From Catajapyx aquilonaris (lineage: Eukaryota), in assembly GCA_000934665.2 (NCBI GenBank), contig KZ538453.1, positions 49,137 to 69,136 of the forward strand: a stretch of 20,000 bases of DNA, given 5' to 3'. Of this stretch, positions 9,698 to 19,966 are shown piece after piece. Under the pieces are notes generated by a model that was not told where the DNA came from, did not search any database, and worked only from the letters and a program-made list of their open reading frames with translations. The translations under genes and the position numbers were made by a program. Positions within the stretch are counted from its first letter, which is position 1, and every line of letters starts with the position of its first letter.

Positions 9698-9839
9698 GTC
9701 AGTATTGTAACATACGTACCTAGGGCTAATAGGACCTTCAAGCCAAAAGTAAAATTAGAGCTAGTTATTTGAAATATATTGTAGTAATGTAATGTAAACT
9801 TATTGGAAGCTAATAACTTGGGAAGATATTGTTTCAATT

Positions 9840-9984
9840 GCAGGGGTAATAGAGGGGACCAAGACAAGTATTTTTTGGCATAGGAAGCAGTGTCCGAAAC
9901 GCCATTTAGAGGGGGATCATAGACAAGGAACGGGTGTGCTCAGACGCTTCACACAGGAGGTGCTAGGCGAGTGGACTGTTTTGT
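9840..9984. mobile_element. Left-arm fragment of Tc1/mariner-type MITE family D
   Basis: About 9893-9984 matches 13028-13120 (GAAACGCCAT..AGAGGGGG..CATAGACAAGGAAC...GACTGTTTTGT). The outer terminus is degraded. Confidence 0.75.
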
Positions 9985-10756
9985 ATATTGGGAAGACCCA
10001 TAGAAGTGGCTGACATCTGGTGGCTGTCTCGGAAGCTCATTAATGGCGGACAAGGGGGGTTGCTCTCCGAGTCCTGCCATGTGTGGGAACGAGGAAAAAG
10101 GGAGTGAAGTGGTGATGACAAGTAACAAATTATGTTTCGTGGTGGGATGAAACTCGAAGTTCTTATGTATCAGTAGCCTACCACTCATAAAGAATGGCAC
10201 AACTCGATACAGACGAAATGTGAATCCTGTTCCGAACCGTGGGTCGCCTGCATGTTTATAAAGTGTTGCAAGGAAGTCTGGAAAAGGGGAATCAAAATAA
10301 AGTAAAAAAGATAAGAAACAAAACAAGTAAAAGTGGGAAAATTTTAGGGAGAAAATTCACATGAAATCTACGTAAGCATTGTATAGTGCGGAAAACCAAA
10401 CGACGATCTGACGTCATCGTTTCTTACATCGTTGCTTTTTTGTTGACACTGTTTACTCATATTGTTCTGTCTTCTGTGAGGATATTTCCATGGGAACCTT
10501 GATGTCAGATATTTGTTTAGTTTTCCGCACTGTACCTGGTTGAACATTTTGGTAATTAAATTTTTTATTTAAAATTCGGGGTGGGTCATACAAGTAACCA
10601 GAGGTCCAGAAGAGGTAGTCCTTAGGGTCACATCGAAATAAGGTAGGGAAAACTGCTGGGCATTGTGGATGAACATTTCGTCCATAGTCATGCCATTCTT
10701 TATGCGCAGGACTGCTATTTGTGGACGTCGCGATGTCCATAAGTATCAGTCGTTGC

Positions 10757-11630
10757 GTCGTCCAGAGACAAAGCCCCGCTTTTTGCCGAGAAATTCGCTA
10801 TTAAATTCCCCTGCAGAATTACTCATAGGAATTTATTTTACTTATGGACATTGTCGGGACGATCGAAATCTCCTCTCAACGTTGGGGACACTGTCACCCT
10901 TTCCCGAATCCTAGTTTGGCCGTAATTAATTCCCAAAGATCACCCTGCATTTTGAACCCATACGGTTAGAGTCAGCCAGACCTCTCTCGCCAGAGATTTG
11001 CAGGGATATTCCCTATTTAATTCTTCCGTAAAATTACCAGTGGGCCTTTATAGCAAATACGGTCGTTGTCAGATAATTTGAAATCTCCTCTCAACGACGA
11101 GAGCACTGTCACACATGTACAACCCGTAGTTTTGTCGCAATTAATTCCCAAAGGTCACTCTGCATTCTGGACCCAGATGGTTACAGTCAAGCAGACCTCT
11201 AGCGGGTTTTGTCGAGAGTAGCTATTTAATTCCCCCTTAAATTAGCCTCCTGGTATGTAATATTAAATTGGACGTCGTCGGAACAGTCAAAATGTCCTCT
11301 CGACAACGGGAGTATTGTCACCCTCCTCCGATCTCTAGTTTGGATGCAATTGAATCCCAAAGGTCAACATGCACCCCTGGACCCATAAGGTTCCAGCCTG
11401 CCAGACCTCTCTCTCGTCCAGAGACTAAGTCCCACTTTTTCCCGAGATATTTCCTATTTAATTCCCCCGTAAAATAACCAGTGGATATTTATTTATTTGC
11501 GGACTTGGAACATTCGAAATCTCCTCTTGACGACGGAGGCACTGTCACCCTCCTCCAACCTCTAGTTTGGGCGCATTTAATTCCCAAATGTCACCATGCA
11601 CGTCTGGACCCACTCCTATACAGCCTAGCT
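10757..11630. repeat. Diverged tandem array, ~4 units of ~210-230 bp
   Basis: Anchor motif GAAATCTCCTCT-like at ~10865, ~11080, ~11289 and ~11516. Each is followed by CACTGTCAC, TAGTTT, AATTCCCAAA and GACCCA in the same order. Confidence 0.85.
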
Positions 11631-11863
11631 GCTCTCCCAGCTATTTGCGTAGGTACCGGCTTGGCTACCTCTCTGCCTCGGCCCGGGGCCTGCCCCACAG
11701 GCCCACCCTGGTCATAATATGTGTACCCCTCCCTGTCCACATAGCGTGTGCTCTGCCCTGTTTAGCATCTATGCTCTCCCTGTCTCATGCCAAGCTCATG
11801 CCCTGCCTGCTCGAGTACCCCCCCTGTCGCCCATCTTGGATTCGACTTCAGTGCCTCTACTCA

Positions 11864-12230
11864 TGAATAGGTGGCATGCAGTTGTTGCCAGGTACGACGC
11901 AATACGCCATAATCTGGCAACACCAGAACTGTTGTTTACTCTCCGCGTGTCTTCTAGGAGGCGGACTTGAGTTGCTAGATGGCTCTGCTGTTGCCAGGTT
12001 ATGGCACATTGCATCGGTGTTTACTATCCGAGCTGATCTGAGTGCCATCTATCAACAAAACAGTCCGCTCACCTAGCACCTCCCACGTGACGCGTCTGAG
12101 CGCACCTGTTCCTTGTCTATGAACCTCCTCTAGATGGCGTTTCCGACCACGGGTGCATTGATCAAAACTGATCGTCTCTGCCTCCCCTACGCACCCTAGC
12201 AGTTTGTAAAGACAGCTCGGAAACACCCTG
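11864..12230 (-). mobile_element. MITE family D copy, inverted relative to 12945-13476; terminus at 12230
   Basis: Reverse complement of about 12945-13300. Ends AAACACCCTG|TA. Confidence 0.88.
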
Positions 12231-12335
12231 TATAAATAATTGATTTAATATTAGTACATAATGTGACAGAGCTTATGGGTACAAAGAATTTATCATGTTG
12301 GGTTAATCTTCTCGATTTGTCTAATTTTGAAACAG

Positions 12336-12798
12336 GACACTGGTGGCACAAAGTCTGCAGCTGCCCGTCGCTCCTCCTTGGAAAGCACCTTTCAACGTGC
12401 CTTGGTGGAAGCACAAGAGGCACACAAGGAGTGGGAGGAACAATGTCTCATGTGGGAGGCCAAGATGTGCTGCAGTACCTCTGACTCAACCAAGCCTCCT
12501 CGCTACATTCATATAAAAACTAATCGACTTGTGGGAAATGCAAAGCATCCGCAGGACACCACTGGAATTCATGCCTCATCATCTCCTTGTGAATGCAAGC
12601 GTGACTCTGAATCACCTTGTGGAGAGGATTCTGACTGCCTGAACCGAATGTTGCTTGTTGAGTGTGACCCTGGTGTATGTCCTGCTAAGGAAAAGTGCTG
12701 CAACCAGAGGTTCCAGAAGAGGCTCTATCCAAGTCTGACTCCCTTCAGGACAATGGACAGAGGCTGGGGCCTCAAAACTCTCGTTCACATTAACAAAG
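12336..12798 (+). CDS. NSD: NSD coding exon 3: end of PWWP2, AWS (pre-SET) and N-terminal SET
   Basis: Acceptor aaacag|GAC completes YQDGD. Motifs KPPRYIHIKTN, CEC...PCGEDSDCLNR...ECDPGVCP...CCNQRF and RGWGL. Donor G|GTGAGA (phase 1). Confidence 0.96.
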
Positions 12799-12944
12799 GT
12801 GAGAGTGGGACTCCATGACAAGATTTTTCCATTTGGTCATTCCCTTGTTAAATGGTTTTTAGGCCAGGGATAACCCTCAACCGATATCTTAGCCATACAG
12901 TTGTGTCACTGTACTCCCACACCGGAACTAAACAGAGTACTATA

Positions 12945-13476
12945 CAGGGTGTTTCTGAGCTATCTTTACAAACTGCTAGGGTGTGTAGGGGAGGCAGAGA
13001 CGATCAGTTTTGACCAATGCACCCCTGGTCGGAAACGCCATCTAGAGGGGGTTCATAGACAAGGAACAGGTGAGCTCAGACGCGTCACGCAGGAGGCGCT
13101 AGGTGAGCGGACTGTTTTGTTGATAGATGGCGATGTGCCATAACCTGGCAACAACAGAGCCTTCTAGAAACTAAAGTCCACCTCCTAGGATACGCGCGGA
13201 TAGTAATATGTTGTAGCCAGGTTATGGCGTATCGCGTCGTTGTCTACTTACAACGATGCAATACGCCATAACCTGTCAACAACTGCGCACCACCTATCAA
13301 CAAAACAGTCCGCTCGCCTAGCGCCTCCCACGTGACACTTCTGAGTACACCCCGTTCCTTGTCTATGAACCCCCTCTAGATGGCGTTTCTGACCATGGGT
13401 GCATTGGTCAATACGGATCATCTCTGCCTCCCCTACACACACTAGCAGTTTGTAACAATAGCTCGAAAACACCCTG
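12945..13476 (+). mobile_element. Complete Tc1/mariner-type MITE family D (532 bp, ~185-bp TIRs)
   Basis: TA|CAGGGTGTTT...AAACACCCTG|TA with long imperfect TIRs and an internal hairpin AGGTTATGGCGTAT...ATACGCCATAACCT. Confidence 0.92.
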
Positions 13477-13530
13477 TATATGCAGTGAATAATTTCTTGA
13501 ACTGAAGGCAAATATGAATGCAATCATATA

Positions 13531-13886
13531 TGAGGGCTAGTCAAAACACATTGAGACTGATTTTTTATGTTGTAAAAAGAATTATTAGTTAATCACTAGC
13601 AGTGAGTGGCATTGTGTGAATAATGTCTTGGAAGTATTAGAACACAATTCCTGTTGGAATATTCTGTGATCCCTGGCAACTGACACTGGAAGTAGACCCA
13701 GGTTCATATTCGCCTCTGCTCTGCCAGTGTCGAGATGAATGTCGACAGTGAGGACCAATATTCAGTATTGATGGTTTGCTTCCTTTTGAAGCAAACAGCC
13801 ACAGAGGCATACAGTACTGTACAAGATGCTAAGATGATTAATAGTAGATACAGGTCACCATGTTAGGCCACAAGACTTTTTCTGAC
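13531..13886 (+). pseudogene. Decayed mariner element 5' fragment (left TIR plus transposase N-terminus)
   Basis: TA|TGAGGGCTAGTCAAAA resembles a mariner TIR start. ATG 13735 gives MNVDSEDQYSVLMVCFLLKQTATEAYSTVQDA, and a shifted frame gives [11 protein letters not shown]. Together these resemble the mariner HTH region (EQR..IKFC..LGKTATE.Y..LQ.A...SR.QV..WHK.F). Confidence 0.6.
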
Positions 13887-13942
13887 ATTTCTGCATATGT
13901 GCATTTATGTCCTGTATAAGGCTGTATCTTTTTGCATTCCAG

Positions 13943-14307
13943 GGGAATTTGTGATAGAGTATGTGGGTGAGCTAGTTGATGAAATTGAAATGCACCGTAG
14001 AATTGGCAACATGGCAAGTACCTCCAGAGAAGACTACTACTTCCTTCTGGTGGACAAAGACAAAATTTTAGATGCAGGGCCAAAAGGTAATATGGCCCGT
14101 TTCATGAATCACAGCTGTGATCCCAATTGTGAGACCCAGAAGTGGACTATTAATGGGGAAGTCAGAGTTGGACTCTTTGCCATCAAGGACGTCCCAGCAG
14201 GATCAGAGGTCAACTTCAACTACAATCTTGAGTGCGTTGGGGAGCAGAAGAAGAGGTGCCTCTGCCGTGCAGCAAACTGCAGTGGATTCATTGGGGTCAA
14301 GGTCAAA
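13943..14307 (+). CDS. NSD: NSD coding exon 4: SET core and post-SET
   Basis: Acceptor cattccag|. Motifs [35 protein letters not shown] and [13 protein letters not shown], so the catalytic motifs are intact. Donor AAA|GTTAGT (phase 0). Confidence 0.97.
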
Positions 14308-15496
14308 GTTAGTATTACATATTTATAAAGGTGTTATATTGCTTGGGGATTACCCATCTGGGGGGGGATTTAGGGACAAACATCTGTTTAGGAATGAACG
14401 TCTGTTGGTTGACCTGTCCGTTCCATTCCTGCTATGGGCAAACAGTTGTAATTGTCTACATTCACATGTCACTACGAAACCCAAGGGGGTAACAACTCCC
14501 CAAAAAAGTGTACACCACACCCAGTTCCACCTGGTTCCAAGCCCGGTTCCAAAGGGACCCTGTACACCGGTTCCACGAAGTTGTTACCCCCTTGCCAAAA
14601 CCCTTGATTCCATGACTGCTCTGTTTACATGGCACTAGCTCCAAACCAATTTGCTAAGCACCTGGATTAGGAAACGCCAGGCACAACCCAGTGCATACTG
14701 GTGCTGATGGGTCTCAGCAATACATATTCTCCATGCCTTCCTCCAAGTCATTTTTTCTTCTTGCATGACTAGCACCTAAAGTTGGGAAGGCTGGCTTTTG
14801 TTGTAACACAGGATGGTTGTAACGTCACCAAGATTAGCTATGCTTGGAAAGTCCTGAAGCTGACACTCACAGAGCACATGTGCCAACATGGCCTCTAAGC
14901 CACACAAAACGTAGGCTACTACTACATTTTTTGTTTTAGGTGCAAAAAACTAAAGTCAAGATACTCAATCAATCGTTGAATGAATACATGTTCCCAACTT
15001 TTTTGTGTGGTAGTAATCAGTGGTAGAAGTGGTAGTGTGGTAGAAGTGTCATTAATTGCCCTCAACAGCATTGCCGATGTGACATTGCAATGTGATCTGC
15101 ACCAACAGCACTGCCTGGTAGTGCCCTTTGATCTGGTGTGTTACAAACCACACCCAAAACTCCAGAGGTGTCCTTAAAAGCAGAGCTATAGTGCCATTTT
15201 GGGAAAAATCGAGATCTGGCCCCATGTTTACCCCTGGGTGGCATTGCCCTACTTCCACTCTGCTTGCCCTAGTTTCCAGTGTCCATCCCATCTCTCCCTT
15301 CCTCCCATTTTGCTATGGCGGTACATGATGCAATCCCACATCCTGACCTCCCAAACCAACCTGCCCTGGGGAAAACTGGCCCTTCTGCCGCCTCTGCTTT
15401 CACCAGGCCCACCACCAGGCAAGTCACTTGCCCATTATCTCCAATTTTATCCGAACAATCTGTAAAGAAAAAGAATCACTGGGGACGAACCCCTAA

Positions 15497-15693
15497 GGGC
15501 CAGCGCAAATGAGGGGATTCAGGAGGGAAAAGTTGCCTGGCCCATGCCTGAGCGTGTGAGCTTCTCCCAAGTTTCTCCCATGTAAAAAATCTGGATTGGC
15601 TGGTTGCTCCCTGCTGGCGCATGCACTGTATGCTTTCTTGGGTGGATGTGTGGGCAATAAGTTGCTCCTGAATCCCCCCATTTGCGCCTGCCC
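15497..15693. mobile_element. PIF/Harbinger (Tourist-like) MITE, 197 bp
   Basis: TAA|GGGCCAGCGCAAATGAGGGGATTCAGGAG...CTCCTGAATCCCCCCATTTGCGCCTGCCC|TAA: ~29-bp imperfect TIRs with a TAA duplication. Confidence 0.75.
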
Positions 15694-17094
15694 TAACACT
15701 GCTCCTGTGCTTGCCTGGGGGCAGCCCAGAGGGCCAGGGGGCCTCTAGTACCCACACATCATTCTTATGTATCAATATGTATAGCTACGATACAGGGTGG
15801 TCGAAAGGTTACTTTCATATAACCTTATAACACAATGAATGAAAACCAGCAAAATCAGCAAGAACATGAACAAAAAATGCGTGTAAGTTTCTCCGAATTG
15901 AAGTTACAAAGCGTGGTGAGTTGCGTAAGGATAGGGGAAAAGTTGGGGAGATGTTATGGATTGTTTATGCTAGCAACTGATGTGTTTGTATGACGCGTGA
16001 CAAGCCCTCGTTTTCTTACATAACGACTCGTCTGAGGCATAAGTGTATTGGTAAAAAAAGGGTTTTTTCAAGTCACGCGGTCATTTTTTTAAAAAACATG
16101 CACTTATTTTATTTACACCCATCCATAAGTCCATCCATAAGTATATTTGCTTATCTTGCTCGGGGTAAATAGCCCTTGCATGTACTGACTGTTTGTTTGC
16201 TTACAATTGGGGTTGAAGGTGATAACTTTATTAGTGTGTATTTTAAGTGATAGTTGTGTGAGAGGGTTAAAAACTGGAGGACAGAGGGGAAGGTATGCAT
16301 CGCTGGGACCCATCAGCATGTGCATGTCCTTCAAAAACTGGGTGGTGCCTGAGGTTTCCGAATCCAGGTGCTTGGCAAGTTGGTTCAGAATTAGTGCCAT
16401 GAAAACAGCAGTTCTGGAACTTACAATTCAAGGTTTCGTAGTGACATGTGAACATAGTCAATCACTAGCTGTTTGCCCATTACACCGAGAAACAGAGCCA
16501 ATGTTTGTTCAGTGCCTTGGCAATCATTGTTTTGATGCATCTCCATCTCCCTTGGCAACTCCTCATTCCAAACAGATATAGTAAGCCTCTTTCCCAGCCA
16601 CTGTCAAAGAGCATCGCGGGCTACGTAGAAGGAGAGATCCATCCTGGTGAAAGGATGCTAACAGACTTAAAGTGGTGGGACACGGCCTCCTTTCTTTGGG
16701 GTTCCCAATCGGGCTTGGGCCCCCTACCCCAACCCCAGTGTGATTGGAGAAATGAGATATCATTGGCTGTGATTGTCCAGTGCCTCCTTCCAACTTCTCA
16801 CACCAATCCTTTCCCCACCAATTGTTTACACCAATTGTTATACATCCAGAAGGAAGGGCATCTGTTTTATAGAAATTAGGAGGTCATGGTCACCAGCCAT
16901 ATTTTTGGAGTATAATTTTTTAATGTAGAAAAATGCTTGACGTCATCAAAACCTTTTGGCCTAATTGATGCAATGTTTGTGATTAGATCCAGTTGCCTAC
17001 GTGTGTAGCCAAAGGGATGAATAAAACACGAGATTTCTTCAATAGGAAGATGTTGACCATTGTTACCATGCATGTTCTTTTTTCATACTTTTAG

Positions 17095-17320
17095 AGCAAA
17101 GTACTCCAAAAGGGAGTGGACAGTCCTGCTGGTGGTGGTGGGAAGGGTATGATGAAGAAGAGGGGTCGAAGGAAGATTCGTCGTTCCTTGAACAAAGAAA
17201 AGGAGACAGAGGATGAATGTTTTCGTTGCGGAGAAGGAGGAAGCCTTTTTGTTTGTGATCTCAATGCCTGCCCTAAGGTTTACCATCTGAGATGCCTTGG
17301 GATGACTCAGCCACCTCCAA
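17095..17320 (+). CDS. NSD: NSD coding exon 5: basic linker and PHD5
   Basis: Acceptor tacttttag|AGC. Motifs KKRGRRKIRR and EDECFRCGEGGSLFVCD..ACPKVYHLRCL. Donor A|GTAAGT (phase 1). Confidence 0.93.
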
Positions 17321-17560
17321 GTAAGTAGAAGTGAATTATTTCCAATGAATGATGTGCATTTATTAATCTGGAACAACCATTTTGGGGTATAGGCCAACTG
17401 ATCTGAAAATGTCCAATGCAGGACTGATGCAGGGCAAAGAACTGCCCCTGTTTATTTTGTTCTTCAGCTTATATTGTGATATGCATATACAACTTTGCAA
17501 TTGTTATTGCAGAGTATTTAACTGAATGGGGGTAGTCAGATTTTAATCAATTATTTCCAG

Positions 17561-17730
17561 AAAAGTGGATCTGCCCATGGCACATGTGTGATGATTGTGG
17601 CAAGCGCTCCTATTTTCGCTGCTCCTACTGCCCGAATTCCTTCTGCCGCAAGGATTCAGACGGACACATTGCCGAAGACAAAGTCTTGGGATGGATCTGC
17701 CATGAACATGACCAAAGAGAGAGGGAACAG
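17561..17730 (+). CDS. NSD: NSD coding exon 6: end of PHD5 and C5HCH
   Basis: Acceptor tatttccag|. Sequence KWICPWHMCDDC...CSYCPNSFC...WICHEH. Donor CAG|GTTTGG (phase 0). Confidence 0.9.
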
Positions 17731-18128
17731 GTTTGGTCATTCTCTATCTCAAATGAAGCAGAGGGGTTTTACTGTAACAGTATTTCTGAAACCCCACACA
17801 TTTCAAGTTATAAATTCAGACTTCAGTAAAACTGTAATGGTGGAATGTAAAGCTATAAATTATGTACATATTCTGTTGTCTGCTGAGCTGCCCAACAGCA
17901 AAATTCAATACCACCAGCGAGTCTTGTTGGTTGGATTTCAAAGGTGGAGTGCAATTAGGAGCCATAGAAAGAGAATTATTCACTCCGAAATCCAAATGCT
18001 GGACATGAGAATGTAAAGCATGTGTGGAAAAGGTTATTCCTTATGGTATAAGTCAACAGAAGTGGTCAAAAGTGGAAGTTCTTGTGTGTTACCAGTTCTA
18101 GTTTTGTTGAGGTGTGCTTATTTCACAG

Positions 18129-18512
18129 CTGAAGCTGCTCCGTTCTGAGGAGTCCATTGGTGATGAGGACAACAATGTATCCATTGACCTGGATGGGAGG
18201 ACACAGCGATTGTTGGGGTCCGTGGAAGTAGCACTGGTAGAAGGGGACGGAAGATTGGCTGATGAAAGTAATGAGATCTTTGCTTGCGAAGATGGGGAAC
18301 AGCAAGCAATTCTAGTACATATTCCATCCCCTGACTGTTCTGAAGGGTCAGAGGAAGAAGTGGACATGGTGGTTGAGGAAGAAGTGATAATGATGGTTAA
18401 GGAAGAAATGGACATGGTGGCTGAGGATGGAGTGGAAGAGGTGCTTGTCAAAGTACCTCCAGTGCCTAGAAGAAGGCCTAGAAGAAAGTCACGCTCCAGG
18501 AAAATTTTCTAA
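18129..18512 (+). CDS. NSD: NSD terminal coding exon: acidic tail ending in a basic NLS-like cluster
   Basis: Acceptor tttcacag|CTG in phase 0, open to TAA 18510-18512. No homology support; the call rests on splice signals, frame and composition. Confidence 0.72.
   Translation: MKLLRSEESIGDEDNNVSIDLDGRTQRLLGSVEVALVEGDGRLADESNEIFACEDGEQQAILVHIPSPDCSEGSEEEVDMVVEEEVIMMVKEEMDMVAEDGVEEVLVKVPPVPRRRPRRKSRSRKIF
18351..18446 (+). repeat. 24-nt coding tandem repeat, 4 units (EEEVDMVV-like)
   Basis: GAGGAAGAAGTGGACATGGTGGTT / GAGGAAGAAGTGATAATGATGGTT / AAGGAAGAAATGGACATGGTGGCT / GAGGATGGAGTGGAAGAGGTGCTT. Confidence 0.85.
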
Positions 18513-19081
18513 TGACAGGTTTGTTTGTTTTTAACGAGTTGGAAGGGGGACAAGAGCTTGTTGCCAAATGAGCAGAGAGTTTTTAAAAACTTTTTCGATT
18601 TTTTAAACCCTGAGCATGGGAATCGTGGGACTAGTTCATTTGGCATAAAGACAATTGCTGACGTTTCCTCGGGGGATATGTGGCGAAGGCAGAGTATATT
18701 TTCATCACTGCCACTCAATCATGATGCATTGTGAATATCAAGTCTTATAATTTTTTGGCCAGTTTATTAAGCGCAGAAATTTTCTTTGCATTTTTGTTCT
18801 CTAGAGCACGTGATATGAGTGTTGGAGTCTTTGTATAGGATCTCCGTTTGTGACAATTAAAAAATTGTCCCAATATGTCGCAACTGCCAATGTTTGCACA
18901 TTTTCTTGCATTTGTTGCATGTGGTTTTTGTTTTGTCTGTTACCTTTTGTAGTTCTGAATCTTTTCATTTTATACTTCTCATATTTCATATTCTGAAATC
19001 TGAGCCCTTTACTTCATGTCATTTGTTTTTGTTACATTTTTTCTGCATGAATCATGGTCGTGAATGTATTCGAGTTTTCAT

Positions 19082-19376
19082 AATAAACTATAATTGTGCA
19101 AGGAACGGACCAAGACTGCACATGGTTTAAGTAATTGAAGATTTTATAAGTAAATTTGCTACAAAGCCATCAATAAATTGAGCAAGCAAGCATTTATATG
19201 TGGAAAGATTTGATTGTATTTTCAGGAATCCAATTGTCACATTTCAGTATGATTGGAGGTTTATTTGGGACAGTTATAGCTTGTTCTTCATTTAGTGGTC
19301 ATTATTCAGCCAACCCAGACAGTCTTATTATGCAGCTGCAGTGTTTAACTCCTGCTGTTTCGTTATTTTTAATAAA
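19082..19376 (+). terminator. Candidate NSD polyadenylation signals
   Basis: AATAAA at 19082, 19172 and 19371 after a U-rich 3' UTR. Which one is used is unknown. Confidence 0.5.
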
Positions 19377-19486
19377 AATTGAAATGTACTGAAAAGGAAG
19401 CAATTTCCAAATGCAAAATTTTTAATGGAGCTGCAGGCAGAACCGATTCTCAGAGGCAAAAATAGCATGATGTTGTAAATGAGTTA

Positions 19487-19966
19487 CTAAGTTCTTTCTG
19501 CTATGCCATTGGGGCTTTTATAATAATAAAAGCACATTGTACTGTGTCTGTCTGAGAATCCAATGCTCTTGAATACCCTTCTATAGCTTGCTGCAGCACA
19601 GGCATAAGCATCAATTCTGTCCTTAACAGTAGGTTCCAGTGCACTAGCGATTGCCATTGTTGCATAGTCCCTGCCACGGAAGGCTGGAAGGGTATGAAGC
19701 ATTCTAAGGGAGCCATCTGATAGGAGCAAGACCCATGACACAGGGCCATCATTGCCACGGGTTACGCTGTTGGACGTATTTCAAGGTGAATGTGTCACAG
19801 TATGGCCATGATGATGATGCCATGGTGGCATCTTGAAGATGAGTTGGCAAACAACAGGACCATCTGGGGAAGGCAAGCTATCAAAGAAATTTTTTAGCAG
19901 GATGTGTAATTGAAATGCATGCGTGAACATTTCACCTGGCAGTAGGTTATACTTGCCCAAGCTCAT
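19487..19966 (-). pseudogene. GNAT acetyltransferase, glycine N-acyltransferase/FR47-like, frameshifted; probably continues beyond the window
   Basis: C-terminal part PVSWVLLLSDGSLRMLHTLPAFRGRDYA...VFKSIGF. The upstream family-like segment LQDATMASSSWPYCDTFTLKYVQQR is in a different frame, and the C-terminal frame has TGA at 19783-19781. Confidence 0.6.

Noticed and set aside
10757..11630. CRISPR-like recurrence of conserved blocks
   Set aside because: Whole units are homologous with no unique spacers, the context is a eukaryotic intron, and there are no cas genes.
13943..14307. Possible activating or inactivating SET substitutions
   Set aside because: Positions aligning to human NSD2 E1099 and T1150 are E and T, and the NHSC, FNY and post-SET cysteines are intact.
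14520..14580. Clustered GGTTCC motifs
   Set aside because: Possibly subterminal repeats of a decayed transposon, but no termini or TSD are visible.
15793..16130. TA|CAGGGTGGTC Tc1/mariner-like terminus
   Set aside because: No partner TIR or coding remnant was found, so boundaries cannot be supported.
19781..19783. In-frame TGA between two minus-strand ORFs as selenocysteine or readthrough
   Set aside because: The family-like WPY segment is in another frame across this point, so frameshift decay explains it better. No SECIS was recognised.
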